Positions 48,449 to 59,269 of a DNA stretch of 62,848 nucleotides are shown piece after piece. Where the stretch lies: the NCBI GenBank assembly GCA_964642505.1, contig CAZXQY010000001.1, positions 1-62,848 of the forward strand, read 5' to 3'. Source of the DNA: an uncultured Gammaproteobacteria bacterium (GTDB lineage Bacteria > Pseudomonadota > Gammaproteobacteria > Ga0077536). A model generated the notes under the pieces. The model did not search any database and was not told the DNA's origin. It was given only the letters and a program-made list of their open reading frames with translations. A program made the position numbers and the translations under genes. The number at the start of each line of letters is the position of its first letter. Position 1 is the stretch's first letter.

Positions 48449-49615
48449 ATGAATCTTCATGAATACCAGTCTAAAAACCTGTTCGCTGCATATGGGATTC
48501 CTGTGCAAGCAGGAGAGGTCGCCCGTAGCGCCGAGGAAGCCGTCAAGAATGCAAAAAGTTTAGGCGGAGAGGCTTGGCTAGTAAAGGCTCAAGTGCACGC
48601 TGGGGGCCGAGGAAAAGCCGGGGGTGTGAAATTTACCACGGATTTAAAAGAACTTGAGTCCTCCACAAAAGCACTAATTGGCTCCCAATTGATCACAAAA
48701 CAGTCTGCACCGGACGGCCAGCCCGTTAACTGCGTGCTGATAGCCGCGGCGGCCGATATCGAGCATGAATTGTATTTGGGCGCTATTGTCGATCGAGCCT
48801 CTCGGCGAGTCACTTTTATGGGTTCCCGAGCAGGAGGAATGGACATAGAAGAAGTGGCGGCCACAACGCCAGAAAAAATTGTCACCGTACATATCGATCC
48901 TAGCCTTGGGATACAAGACTACCAATGTCGCACCCTTGCTTTCGGTCTAGAACTTGATAAAGAGCAACGAAATCAACTACAAAAAATTGTGCACGGCTTA
49001 TATCGATTATTTACGGAAAAAGATGTGAGCCTTATAGAAATAAATCCGCTAGCAATATTAAAAGACAAATCGTTGTGTGCCGTCGATGCTAAAATCAATA
49101 TAGATGATAATGCCTTATATCGTCAGGAAATCGCAGAATGGCGAGACCCTAGCCAAGAAGACGAGAAGGAAAGAAAGGCTCAAGAATTCGACCTGAATTA
49201 CGTGACTTTAGACGGAGATATTGCTTGCATGGTGAATGGGGCAGGGCTCGCGATGGCGACAATGGACATCATTAAATTGACGGGCGGCCAACCCGCTAAT
49301 TTTCTTGACGTTGGTGGAGGAACTACGGCTCAACGGGTCGCTGAAGCATTTAAAATCATCGTTTCGGACCCGAAGATAAAAGCAATTTTAGTCAATATTT
49401 TTGGAGGAATTGTGCGCTGTGACCTTATTGCTGAAGGAATCATAACGGCCGTAAAAGAAGTAGGTATCAACGTTCCCATCGTCGTCCGGCTTGAGGGAAC
49501 TAATGTTGAAGCCGGCAAGAAAATGCTCGCCGAAAGCGGACTCGATATAATGAGTGCCGACCATCTATCTGATGCCGCAGAAAAAGTGGTAACCGCTGCT
49601 AGAGGGGTCAAATAA
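48449..49615 (+). CDS. sucC: succinate--CoA ligase (ADP-forming) beta subunit
   Basis: 388 aa. [13 protein letters not shown]-terminus and ATP-grasp domain. Strong RBS AAGGAG 6 nt upstream. Confidence 0.96.
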   Translation: MNLHEYQSKNLFAAYGIPVQAGEVARSAEEAVKNAKSLGGEAWLVKAQVHAGGRGKAGGVKFTTDLKELESSTKALIGSQLITKQSAPDGQPVNCVLIAAAADIEHELYLGAIVDRASRRVTFMGSRAGGMDIEEVAATTPEKIVTVHIDPSLGIQDYQCRTLAFGLELDKEQRNQLQKIVHGLYRLFTEKDVSLIEINPLAILKDKSLCAVDAKINIDDNALYRQEIAEWRDPSQEDEKERKAQEFDLNYVTLDGDIACMVNGAGLAMATMDIIKLTGGQPANFLDVGGGTTAQRVAEAFKIIVSDPKIKAILVNIFGGIVRCDLIAEGIITAVKEVGINVPIVVRLEGTNVEAGKKMLAESGLDIMSADHLSDAAEKVVTAARGVK

Positions 49616-50487
49616 TGTCAATATTAGTCGATAAAGACACGAAAGTAGTAGTCCAAGGATTTACCGGTAAACAGGGAACCTTTCATGCGGAGCAGGCCAT
49701 TGCCTACGGAACCCAAATCGTCGGAGGTGTCACTCCGGGCCGAGGAGGTGACAAGCATCTTGATCGACCTATTTTCAATACCGTGGGAGAAGCGGTAGAG
49801 AAAACTGGGGCAAATGCTTCAATGATATTTGTACCACCTCCCTTCGCAGCAGACGCAATCGCCGAAGCTGCTGATGCTGACATAGAGGTAATTGCTTGCA
49901 TCACCGAAGGTATCCCAGTACTTGATATGTTGAAGGTAAAATCAAGCTTAGTGAATAAAACCGGGACCTTTTTAATAGGTCCAAATTGTCCTGGAATCAT
50001 TACCCCGGGGGAGTGCAAGATAGGGATCATGCCAGGAGCCATCCATATGCCGGGGGATGTTGGAATCGTGTCACGCTCAGGCACGCTAACTTACGAAGCA
50101 GTTCATCAAACTACCTCAGTAGGGCTTGGCCAAAGCACTTGTGTGGGAATAGGAGGAGATCCAATCCATGGGATGAACTTTATAGATTGCTTAGAACTGT
50201 TCCAAAATGATAGTAGTACTCAAGGTATGATTATGGTAGGTGAAATCGGAGGTTCAGCTGAAGAAGATGCTGCAGAGTTTATATCTGAGAACGTGACCAA
50301 ACCTGTTGTCGCATATATAGCTGGGGTGACTGCACCTCCCGGGAAGAGAATGGGACACGCAGGTGCAATAATTTCAGGGGGAAAAGGTACAGCTGAAGAT
50401 AAGTTTGCTGCACTTGAACGGGCTGGTGTTAAAACGGTTCGGTCACCAGCGAAAATGGGAGAGGCTTTGGCAGAGTTGATGCGCTAA
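49615..50487 (+). CDS. sucD: succinate--CoA ligase alpha subunit
   Basis: 290 aa. Motifs [21 protein letters not shown] and phosphohistidine GHAGAI. Its start overlaps the sucC stop (TAATG). Confidence 0.96.
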   Translation: MSILVDKDTKVVVQGFTGKQGTFHAEQAIAYGTQIVGGVTPGRGGDKHLDRPIFNTVGEAVEKTGANASMIFVPPPFAADAIAEAADADIEVIACITEGIPVLDMLKVKSSLVNKTGTFLIGPNCPGIITPGECKIGIMPGAIHMPGDVGIVSRSGTLTYEAVHQTTSVGLGQSTCVGIGGDPIHGMNFIDCLELFQNDSSTQGMIMVGEIGGSAEEDAAEFISENVTKPVVAYIAGVTAPPGKRMGHAGAIISGGKGTAEDKFAALERAGVKTVRSPAKMGEALAELMR

Positions 50488-50516
50488 AACGCACTTGGTT
50501 TTTTCAGTAAAAAATT

Positions 50517-52148
50517 ATGCCTATTGACTTGAAAATCGGACTAGCACAATTTGATTTTTGCGTCGGTGATATAAAGAGGAACTCTGGCAAGATTATTGAA
50601 ATAGCAAACCGCGCTAGGAGCAATTGCAAGTTAGATATAACGATCTTTCCGGAATTGGCATTGACTGGGTACCCTCCCGAAGATTTACTATTACGACCCG
50701 AATTCCGCCGACTCGTCCAAGTAGAATTGGATAGAATTGTTTCAGAATCACGGGATAGTTGGTTAATCGTCGGCTATCCTGAATATGTAGATTCCTCTAT
50801 TTACAACAGTTGCGCAGTAATTTACGACGGCGAGAAAATAGCCAACTATCGAAAAAGAGAGCTACCGAACTACGCTGTTTTTGACGAAAAAAGATATTTC
50901 ACTCCTGGTAAACTCCCTACGGTAGTGGACATTAAAGGAGTCAATGTAGGCTTAAGTATTTGCGAAGATATATGGGTGCCCCAAAACGCCCTCGAAACTT
51001 CTGAAAAAGGGGCTGATATTATTTGCAATATAAACGCATCTCCCTACCACATTGGTAAACAGTCTGAAAGACTAGAGGCGGTTGCTATGGCAAGCCGCAA
51101 AGCAAAGATTCCCATATTGTACGTGAACCTTCTTGGCGGACAAGATGAATTAGTATTTGACGGAAATTCTTTCGGGATAGATAAGGAAGGAAGTTTAATT
51201 GCTCAAGCGCCTGCTTTCGAAGAGGCATTACACGTAATCGATATTAAAAAAAATAATAATTTCATCGACGCTCACTCTAGGATAACTGCAAGTCTTGGCG
51301 AAGAGGAACTAATCTACAAAGCCTTAATTCTTGGCATACGCGCCTACGTTCAAAAAAACCGGTTTGAAGGATGTGTGATTGGATTATCAGGAGGAATCGA
51401 CTCCGCGCTCACTCTGGCATTGGCCGTTGACGCTTTGGGTAGTGATAAAGTAACAGCTATATCGATGCCTTCCACATACACCGCAGTTATGAGCGTAGAA
51501 GATGCGCGCAAAGAAGCGAGCTTGTTAGGCTGCGAATTTCACATTTTACCTATCGAGAATACAGTTGCCGCTTTTTCTCAATCTCTAGCCGAAATCATTC
51601 CCGATCTAGAGGCAGGAGTAACGAAGCAGAATCTGCAAGCCAGGACCCGGGGAGTTATGCTTATGGCGTGCTCTAATTCCGCGAAAACCATTGTATTAGC
51701 TACCGGAAATAAAAGTGAAATGGCCGTAGGCTACGCCACCCTATATGGCGACATGGCAGGCGGCTTCGCCCCCTTAAAAGATATTCCTAAGACACTTGTT
51801 TATCGACTATCAAATTATCGAAACAAACAAAGCTACGTTATTCCTAGCCGGGTTATAGATAGACCTCCTACTGCGGAGCTAGCTCCTGACCAAAAAGACA
51901 CTGACAACTTACCTCCGTACGAAACACTCGATCCCATACTGGAAAAATATATTGAACAGGACTTAACTCCCTTTGAAATTTCTCGCGAAGGCTTTGATCT
52001 AGATACTATTTTGGAAGTAACGAAACTAGTTGATAAAAACGAATATAAAAGAAGACAATCTGCACCGGGTGTGCGTATTACCAAGCGAGCTTTCGGCAGA
52101 GATCGTAGATTTCCTATCACTTCGAGATATAGTGAGACGGAAAAATAA
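50517..52148 (+). CDS. nadE: glutamine-dependent NAD+ synthetase
   Basis: 543 aa. N-terminal CN-hydrolase domain (FPELALTGY, ICEDIW) plus a C-terminal NAD synthetase domain with PP-loop GLSGGIDS. Confidence 0.92.
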   Translation: MPIDLKIGLAQFDFCVGDIKRNSGKIIEIANRARSNCKLDITIFPELALTGYPPEDLLLRPEFRRLVQVELDRIVSESRDSWLIVGYPEYVDSSIYNSCAVIYDGEKIANYRKRELPNYAVFDEKRYFTPGKLPTVVDIKGVNVGLSICEDIWVPQNALETSEKGADIICNINASPYHIGKQSERLEAVAMASRKAKIPILYVNLLGGQDELVFDGNSFGIDKEGSLIAQAPAFEEALHVIDIKKNNNFIDAHSRITASLGEEELIYKALILGIRAYVQKNRFEGCVIGLSGGIDSALTLALAVDALGSDKVTAISMPSTYTAVMSVEDARKEASLLGCEFHILPIENTVAAFSQSLAEIIPDLEAGVTKQNLQARTRGVMLMACSNSAKTIVLATGNKSEMAVGYATLYGDMAGGFAPLKDIPKTLVYRLSNYRNKQSYVIPSRVIDRPPTAELAPDQKDTDNLPPYETLDPILEKYIEQDLTPFEISREGFDLDTILEVTKLVDKNEYKRRQSAPGVRITKRAFGRDRRFPITSRYSETEK

Positions 52149-52154
52149 AAAGTA

Positions 52155-52973
52155 CTAATCGCTAACTGTTACAACTTTCACGTCGCGCAGACCCGGATGA
52201 TCGGGATAATTAAGTTCAAGAACAGACAAGGCGTCTCGGGCAAGATCTTCCATCTCCAGAACTCGATAAGATTTTGCCAATATTACTAACGCATTCGGCA
52301 TCGCCGGCGCCTGCTGGAATTTCTCCACTACGTAACGAGCCCTATTTGAAGCCGCGACAAACGCGCCCCTCCTCATATAATAGTTCGCTACATTAACCTC
52401 ATGCTGCGCAAGCATATTTCGCAGATAAACCATCCTTAGTCGAGCATCTTCAAAGTAGATACTATCAGAATAACGTTTCACAACTACATTGAAATCGTTA
52501 AACGAATCAAGGGAAGCACCGGGGTCTCGTTGCGATTCATCCTTTCTGAAGAATCTCTCGGTAATCCCCCACCCCCGCCCGAAATTGACAAGTCCCCTTA
52601 AATAATAGGCATACGCTACGTGCGAATGAGACGGATACAATTTAATGAACCGATCAATGACATCGATTGCTAGAGCTGGATCATCTGTTCTGAAATAACA
52701 GTAAGCCAACTCTATTTGCGCCTGTTGAGTGTAATCGCCAAAAGGAAATCTATTTTGGAGTTTTTCATAATATTCTATCGCTCCAGTGCAAGACCCAGAA
52801 TCTAGCCTATCTTTTGCCATTTTATAAAGACGTTCCTCAGGCCAATCCATTTCCTCCCTATCCCTCGACGCCTCGCTTTGAAAATAGCCACAGCCGCTTA
52901 TATCTAGCAAAATTAGGAAAAGAGAAACTGAAGAGATAAAATTAAAAAACTTGTTTTTTTTCATAAAAAGCAT
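52155..52973 (-). CDS. bamD: outer membrane protein assembly factor BamD
   Basis: Lipobox LLDISGC followed by TPR-like repeats. It is divergent from rluD, as in E. coli. The likely start is MKKNKFF (52964). Confidence 0.88.
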   Translation of the reverse strand: MLFMKKNKFFNFISSVSLFLILLDISGCGYFQSEASRDREEMDWPEERLYKMAKDRLDSGSCTGAIEYYEKLQNRFPFGDYTQQAQIELAYCYFRTDDPALAIDVIDRFIKLYPSHSHVAYAYYLRGLVNFGRGWGITERFFRKDESQRDPGASLDSFNDFNVVVKRYSDSIYFEDARLRMVYLRNMLAQHEVNVANYYMRRGAFVAASNRARYVVEKFQQAPAMPNALVILAKSYRVLEMEDLARDALSVLELNYPDHPGLRDVKVVTVSD

Positions 52974-53055
52974 AACGTCTACATGTAGGTCCGTTGATCC
53001 ATAATTCGTTGAGACCGAATTACAATTATTGCTCTAATATACAACATATTGCTTA

Positions 53056-54018
53056 ATGAAAAATACGGTAGAAGAATATCATACCCTGAAAATCCCTCAG
53101 GATCAGAGTGGCAAGCGGCTAGATCAAGCACTTGCAGAGTCCCTGACGCAATATTCCCGTACTTCAATTAAGAAATGGATTGATGATGGCAAAAGCCGAT
53201 TAAATGACACCGAAGCGAAGCCAAATTCCAAGGTTTTCGAAGGGGATATTGTAACTCTCGTCGCAGTAATGTATGGCGATGAGGAGATCGAGCCCCAAGA
53301 GGTCGAATTTAAGCTGGTTGATGTCTCGGCGACGCACATAATCCTTAACAAACCGGCCGGAGTGGTGGTGCACCCTGCTCCCGGCAATCGAGATATGACA
53401 CTAGTAAACGGTTTAATTTCAAAATTTCCGGAGCTCTCAATACTACCGCGAGCTGGCCTAATACACAGAATCGACAAAAATACTTCAGGATTACTTATAG
53501 CAGCAAGAACCCCGGAATCATATCAAAATCTCGTTAAACAGATGGAACTGAGAAAGATCGCAAGAAGCTACCAAGCGATAGTAAATGGTGTCCTAATATC
53601 CGGCGATACCGTAAACCAGCCCATCGCACGACACCGCACGCAAAGAACCAAAATGCAGGTAACCGAAAATGGAAAGAACGCCGTAACCCACTTCAAGGTA
53701 GCCGAAAAATTCAGACGACATACATTACTTCAAGTAGAACTAGAAACGGGAAGAACACACCAAATTCGGGCACATATGGCTTGGAAAGGACATCCCTTAG
53801 TCGGAGATAAAATTTATGGGTGGCGCCCAGTTACGGCTCGAAACCCCCATCATGGTTTGAAAACAATTATTGACTCATTTTCGAGACAAGCCTTGCATGC
53901 TCAAAAATTAGTGTTCCTCGATCCCACTACCCAAAAACAGCTCGAATTTCAATCTGAGCCGCCGTCAGATTTTCAAAATTTACTTCATCACCTACGAATA
54001 GACCTTTCTCAATGCTAA
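53056..54018 (+). CDS. rluD: 23S rRNA pseudouridine(1911/1915/1917) synthase RluD
   Basis: 320 aa. S4 domain N-terminus, catalytic HRIDKNTSGLL and GRTHQIRAH. Confidence 0.92.
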   Translation: MKNTVEEYHTLKIPQDQSGKRLDQALAESLTQYSRTSIKKWIDDGKSRLNDTEAKPNSKVFEGDIVTLVAVMYGDEEIEPQEVEFKLVDVSATHIILNKPAGVVVHPAPGNRDMTLVNGLISKFPELSILPRAGLIHRIDKNTSGLLIAARTPESYQNLVKQMELRKIARSYQAIVNGVLISGDTVNQPIARHRTQRTKMQVTENGKNAVTHFKVAEKFRRHTLLQVELETGRTHQIRAHMAWKGHPLVGDKIYGWRPVTARNPHHGLKTIIDSFSRQALHAQKLVFLDPTTQKQLEFQSEPPSDFQNLLHHLRIDLSQC

Positions 54019-54734
54019 ACGAAAAAAGAATATTGGAGTCTTCCACACCGATAATTTTACCGGAGTGGCCTGCTCAAACCCACATTCGAGCATTCTTCAC
54101 AACTCGGGAAGGCGACCCTAGGGCTCATTCCACCGTCGGTGAATACCTGCACGATTTACCTAACGACGACCAGTTAAAGGATCCAGTATGGCTTCATCAA
54201 ACACATAGTGCGACTGTACATAGACTGACTTCAAAAATACAAGGATTGCAGGGAGATGGTCTGGTAACCAAAATACACGAAACCCCTTGTGCAATTAAGG
54301 TGGCAGATTGTGTGCCCGTACTCCTCAGCGACATAGGTGGCACAGAGGTGTCGGCCATTCATGCAGGATGGAGAGGACTGCTGTCAGGAATCATCAAAAA
54401 TGGAGTAAAGGCCTTTGAATGCCACCCCTCTAAGCTCGTAGCTTGGATAGGGCCCTCTATTTCTAAAATCGCGTACTCCGTGGGTCCTGAAATTAAGGAG
54501 ATGTTCCACACCAAAAACCCTCAATACCAGAAATTTTTCCAAAAAGTAGGAGAACAGATACATTTTGATATCAGAGAAGCCGTTAAAAATAACCTTTCAG
54601 AACTAGGAGTTGCCAAGATAGCCGAGTCCCCAAGATGTGTGTATCGCGAGAAAAATAGTTTCTACTCGTTTCGGAGAGAAAAAACTGCTAAAAGAATGGC
54701 AGCCGTTATTTGGATAAGCCCGCAAGATTCCTAG
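54012..54734 (+). CDS. pgeF: PgeF/YfiH family purine nucleoside phosphorylase / polyphenol oxidase-like protein
   Basis: 240 aa. Motifs LHQTHS, ADCVPVLL and IHAGWRG. Follows rluD, as in E. coli. Confidence 0.88.
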   Translation: MLNEKRILESSTPIILPEWPAQTHIRAFFTTREGDPRAHSTVGEYLHDLPNDDQLKDPVWLHQTHSATVHRLTSKIQGLQGDGLVTKIHETPCAIKVADCVPVLLSDIGGTEVSAIHAGWRGLLSGIIKNGVKAFECHPSKLVAWIGPSISKIAYSVGPEIKEMFHTKNPQYQKFFQKVGEQIHFDIREAVKNNLSELGVAKIAESPRCVYREKNSFYSFRREKTAKRMAAVIWISPQDS

Positions 54735-54758
54735 ATCTTAAGGCAAAATTCTACGCAG

Positions 54759-54789
54759 CCCTTGAAAATTTCCCGATAATGCCCATCTT
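54759..54789 (+). promoter_or_regulatory. sigma-32 (RpoH) heat-shock promoter of clpB
   Basis: CCCTTGAA-15 nt-CCCATCTT, against the consensus CCCTTGAA-N13-15-CCCCATNT. The -10 element ends 30 nt upstream of the clpB ATG. Confidence 0.65.
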
Positions 54790-54819
54790 CTAATGTAAAC
54801 GAAAAAAGAAATTACGAAA

Positions 54820-57429
54820 ATGGACAGTGACAAATTAACGATCAAATTCAAAGAGGCAATAGTAGCTGGTGAAACCTTAGCCAAAAAAAATGAAAATCAA
54901 TTCTTAGAACCAGTACACATCATGATTGCAATGTTGAATGCTGAGAACCGACCACTTCTTAACATCTTAGAAAAAGCAGGCTGTGAGACTAATTCCTTTA
55001 AAAAAGCCCTCCTACAAAAACTGAACCGACTACCGAAGGTTTCTGGTATAGAAAATGAAATACATGCTTCAAAGGAACTTTTAAAAATACTAGCAGAATG
55101 CGAAAAATTAATGGGGAAGCATGGAGACAACTTCATTCCGACTGAATTATTCCTTATCGGGGCAACCCGGGTACCAGGAGAACTATCTAGATTATTTGCT
55201 AACCAGAATATCGATGAAAAAAAACTCGATAGGGCTATCGAACAAGTAAATGGAGGTGACAAAGTGGTGGAGCCCGAAGATGAAGAAAAACGAATGGCTT
55301 TAGAGCGTTTTACAGTCGATCTAACTGAAATCGCGCGAAAGGGGAAAATCGATCCCATCATCGGACGTGATGAAGAGATCAGGCGGACTATGCAGGTGCT
55401 CCAAAGACGAACGAAAAATAATCCAGTATTAATCGGAGAACCCGGAGTAGGGAAGACCGCCATTGCGGAAGGTTTGGCTCAACGGATTGTAAATGGTGAA
55501 GTTCCGGAAACGTTAAAAAACAAACGGGTCTTATCGCTCGACCTGGCTTCGCTCGTTGCTGGCGCCAAATACCGAGGAGAATTTGAAGAAAGATTAAAAA
55601 GTGTACTAAAAGGCTTGGCGGATCACCTAGATGAAAGCATTCTCTTCGTAGACGAACTACATACCCTAGTAGGAGCCGGCAAGGCGGAAGGCTCTATCGA
55701 TGCTGGCAATATGTTAAAGCCAGCACTCGCCAGAGGGGAAATTCGCTGTATTGGAGCAACGACACTTGACGAATATAGAAAGCACGTCGAAAAAGACTCG
55801 GCTTTAGAACGTCGTTTTCAAAAAGTTTTAGTATCCGAACCTTCTGTCGAAGCGACCATAGGCATACTCCGCGGAATAAAAGAAAGATATGCTGTCCACC
55901 ATGGCGTAGATATAACTGACTCAGCTATCGTGAGCGCGTCACACTTGTCTGACCGTTATATAACTGAAAGAAAATTACCAGATAAAGCTATCGATCTAAT
56001 AGACGAAGCGGCAAGTCGAATCAGTATAGAAATAGATTCAAAACCAGAACCCATGGATCGGCTTGAAAGAAAGGCTGTCCAATTAAAAATCGAGATCGAA
56101 GCTCTAAAAAAAGAGCAAGACGAGATATCGAAAGAAAGACTATTAGACTTAGAGAACATGCTCTCTAATGTTGACACGGATTATAAAGAGTTAGAAACAG
56201 TTTGGAAAAAAGAAAAAACGCTCCTAAATGAAACTAAGAAGATAAAAGAAGAGCTTGAAGAATCTCGCGGTCTACTAGAGAGCGCCCAAAGAGAAGGGAA
56301 TCTCAATCTGATGTCGGAGTTACAATACGGCAGAATCCCGGAACTTGAAAAAAAACAAGCCTACGCTTCAAGACAGGAATCTTCATCAAATCGTTTATTG
56401 AGAAGCAGGGTAGATTCGGAAGAAATAGCAGAAATCGTTTCTGCCTGGACCAATATACCGGTGACTAAAATGCTAGAAGGTGAGCGTCAAAAATTGAAGG
56501 ACATGGAGAAAATCATTGGGCAGCAAGTCATCGGGCAAGAAAATGCTGTTAAAGTTATAGTTAATTCGATCAGACGTTCTAGAGCAGGCCTATCGGATCC
56601 CTCTCGCCCTAATGGATCCTTTTTATTAATCGGCCCAACTGGGGTAGGTAAAACTGAACTATGCAAATCTCTAGCTGCCTTCCTTTTCGACTCCAAGAAC
56701 GCGTTGGTCCGGATAGACATGTCTGAATATATGGAAAAGCACGCAGTCGCAAAGTTGGTTGGGGCTCCTCCCGGCTATATAGGTTACGAGGAAGGCGGCT
56801 TTTTGACTGAAGCAATAAGAAGAAAACCGTATTCAGTGGTGTTATTGGACGAGGTGGAAAAAGCACACCCGGATGTTTTCAATATTCTTTTGCAGGTACT
56901 AGACGACGGTCGGTTGACTGACAGTCAAGGACACACGGTCGATTTTCAAAACACAGTAATTGTCATGACCTCCAACCTAGGTACTGATTCTGAAGAATAT
57001 ATTGAATCTCGAGATAGTGCTATATTAAAAAAATCTGTTGAATCATATTTTAAACCTGAATTTGTGAATCGGCTAGATGAAATAGTGCTGTTTAAAAGTT
57101 TGGGTTTAAAAGAAATTCAAAAGATTACCCGACTCCAACTAACTAGCCTGGACGACCGAGTCTCTGACAAAGGGTTAGGATTGACCGTCACCGACGAAGC
57201 TGCGAATTTTATCGCTAAAAACAGCTACGATCCAATGTATGGAGCCCGACCAGTTAAAAAATCTATAGAAAAACTGGTTGCTGTACCGCTAGCAGAGATG
57301 ATTTTGGAAAACGATTTAAAGGAAAAAGGTCATTTAAAAGTAAATCTCGAGCACAATCAAATAAGCATTTCTTATTCCCATCCAATTGAAGAAAGAAAAT
57401 TAGACCAAAAGAACAAGAAGAAATTTTAG
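54820..57429 (+). CDS. clpB: ATP-dependent chaperone/disaggregase ClpB
   Basis: 869 aa. Two AAA+ modules ([15 protein letters not shown] and [15 protein letters not shown]) and a long coiled-coil middle domain. Internal GTG at codon 149 is preceded by GGAGGT. Confidence 0.96.
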   Translation: MDSDKLTIKFKEAIVAGETLAKKNENQFLEPVHIMIAMLNAENRPLLNILEKAGCETNSFKKALLQKLNRLPKVSGIENEIHASKELLKILAECEKLMGKHGDNFIPTELFLIGATRVPGELSRLFANQNIDEKKLDRAIEQVNGGDKVVEPEDEEKRMALERFTVDLTEIARKGKIDPIIGRDEEIRRTMQVLQRRTKNNPVLIGEPGVGKTAIAEGLAQRIVNGEVPETLKNKRVLSLDLASLVAGAKYRGEFEERLKSVLKGLADHLDESILFVDELHTLVGAGKAEGSIDAGNMLKPALARGEIRCIGATTLDEYRKHVEKDSALERRFQKVLVSEPSVEATIGILRGIKERYAVHHGVDITDSAIVSASHLSDRYITERKLPDKAIDLIDEAASRISIEIDSKPEPMDRLERKAVQLKIEIEALKKEQDEISKERLLDLENMLSNVDTDYKELETVWKKEKTLLNETKKIKEELEESRGLLESAQREGNLNLMSELQYGRIPELEKKQAYASRQESSSNRLLRSRVDSEEIAEIVSAWTNIPVTKMLEGERQKLKDMEKIIGQQVIGQENAVKVIVNSIRRSRAGLSDPSRPNGSFLLIGPTGVGKTELCKSLAAFLFDSKNALVRIDMSEYMEKHAVAKLVGAPPGYIGYEEGGFLTEAIRRKPYSVVLLDEVEKAHPDVFNILLQVLDDGRLTDSQGHTVDFQNTVIVMTSNLGTDSEEYIESRDSAILKKSVESYFKPEFVNRLDEIVLFKSLGLKEIQKITRLQLTSLDDRVSDKGLGLTVTDEAANFIAKNSYDPMYGARPVKKSIEKLVAVPLAEMILENDLKEKGHLKVNLEHNQISISYSHPIEERKLDQKNKKKF

Positions 57430-57542
57430 AAGATATCGATTCGAAGGAGGATACCTATATCGTTTAAAGGGAAATGTAGCTATTATTCCCAACTTACTCT
57501 AACATTTAGTGATTAAGGTAATATATTAGAGTATAAACTAAT

Positions 57543-59264
57543 ATGGTCACAGCGACGAAAAAGACATCATTCGGCGGATTAGCAGGGAAGCTTGTCAGCT
57601 CAGATATCTTGAGTGAAGAAATAACCTCTGCAGCTATTGACGATGCTGAAAGTAAAAACCTACCTTTGGTTCGGTATCTAATCGAACAAAATTTAGTCCA
57701 CGGTAATATCCTCGCTCAACTAATCTCGGAACAGTTCGGCCTACCTCTACTGGACCTGGATACTCTAGTAGTTCCTGTTGATGTGGTTCAGCTAATCGGC
57801 ATTTCCTTGATTGAAAAGAATACGGCACTACCCGTATATAAGCACGGAAAAAGAGTATACGTGGCAGTGGCCGATCCGACCAACCTACATGGCCTCGACG
57901 AAATTCAATTTAATTTAGGTGAAGGCTCTATTGAACCTGTTATAGTTGAATGGAAACAACTCTCTAAAGCGATAGAAAAAGTTGCACAAGATAGCGATAC
58001 CTCGTTCGATGATTTGGATGACTCCGAGTTGGATGATTTTGAGGATGTTGAAGTGGGAGAAGCTGAAGAAGAAACTGTCGACGATACTGATGTGGACGAC
58101 GCCCCCGTTGTCAAATTTGTAACGAAATGCTTATTAGACGCGATACGGAAAGGAGCATCTGATCTCCATTTTGAACCTTACGAAAAATCCTATCGAGTTC
58201 GATTTAGGATTGATGGCATGCTGGAAGAAATAGCAAAACCCCCGCAAAGCCTCGCAGCAAAAATTGCATCTCGAATAAAAGTTATGTCGAGACTAGACGT
58301 ATCTGAAAGACGAATACCCCAAGACGGAAGGATAAAACTGAAAATCTCCAAAAACAAAGGTATTGATTTGAGAGTCAGCACTTGTCCAACTATGTATGGG
58401 GAAAAGGCTTGCTTAAGAATTCTTGATTCTGATGCTGCGAAATTAAATATTGATCAATTAGGATATGAGGATTTTCAGAAAGACCTATTCCTGAAGAACA
58501 TTCAAAAACCTTACGGTATGTTTTTGGTAACCGGACCAACTGGCAGCGGCAAGACGGTTTCTCTTTACACCGGAATCAATATCCTAAACCAAAGTGACGT
58601 TAATATTTCGACTGCTGAGGATCCCGTGGAAATCAACCTGCAAGGAGTCAATCAAGTTCAGGTCGACGAAAGGACTGGGATGACGTTCCCCAAAGCACTC
58701 CGAGCTTTTCTCAGACAAGATCCCGACATAATTCTGGTGGGAGAGATTCGGGACTTTGAAACAGGCTCTATTGCTGTCAAGGCTGCTCAAACTGGCCACA
58801 TGGTTATGTCGACCTTACATACGAATGACGGCCCACAAACCCTCACCCGCCTTCAAGATATGGGTATTCAGCCGTTCGCTGTAGCTACCACGATAAATTT
58901 AATCACTGCGCAACGCTTGTGTCGGCGACTGCATCCGGATTACAAAATCGCCGAGGATTTGCCTAAAGAAGTCCTAGCTAAAGAAGGATTCCCACAAGAA
59001 TGGTTGGAAGAAGACTTCAATATATTCAAGCCCGGCGAAGAAGCAGAAGACTGCCCCACCGGTTACAAGGGGCGAGCCGGAATATATCAAGTCATGCCAA
59101 TTTCCGACTCGATTAGGAGACTTATAATTGAAGGCGCAAATGCGGTTCAAATCGCAGATCAGGCAAAATCTGATGGGGTATGGGATATCAGAATATCTGG
59201 TTTAGCGAAGGTGCGATCTGGAATGACTAGTTTAGCTGAAGTCAACCGGGTAACTGTGGAGTAA
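57543..59264 (+). CDS. pilB: type IV pilus assembly ATPase PilB
   Basis: 573 aa. GSPII-type N-domain, an acidic linker, Walker A GPTGSGKT, Asp box, Walker B IILVGEIRD and His box STLHTN. Confidence 0.93.
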   Translation: MVTATKKTSFGGLAGKLVSSDILSEEITSAAIDDAESKNLPLVRYLIEQNLVHGNILAQLISEQFGLPLLDLDTLVVPVDVVQLIGISLIEKNTALPVYKHGKRVYVAVADPTNLHGLDEIQFNLGEGSIEPVIVEWKQLSKAIEKVAQDSDTSFDDLDDSELDDFEDVEVGEAEEETVDDTDVDDAPVVKFVTKCLLDAIRKGASDLHFEPYEKSYRVRFRIDGMLEEIAKPPQSLAAKIASRIKVMSRLDVSERRIPQDGRIKLKISKNKGIDLRVSTCPTMYGEKACLRILDSDAAKLNIDQLGYEDFQKDLFLKNIQKPYGMFLVTGPTGSGKTVSLYTGINILNQSDVNISTAEDPVEINLQGVNQVQVDERTGMTFPKALRAFLRQDPDIILVGEIRDFETGSIAVKAAQTGHMVMSTLHTNDGPQTLTRLQDMGIQPFAVATTINLITAQRLCRRLHPDYKIAEDLPKEVLAKEGFPQEWLEEDFNIFKPGEEAEDCPTGYKGRAGIYQVMPISDSIRRLIIEGANAVQIADQAKSDGVWDIRISGLAKVRSGMTSLAEVNRVTVE

Positions 59265-59269
59265 GTTCT

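Noticed and set aside
48375-48452. A 25-codon uORF ([25 protein letters not shown]) whose TGA overlaps the sucC ATG.
   Set aside because: It has no Shine-Dalgarno sequence before its ATG. sucC has its own strong AAGGAG RBS, and no known leader-peptide logic applies to sucCD. It is most likely a chance ORF.
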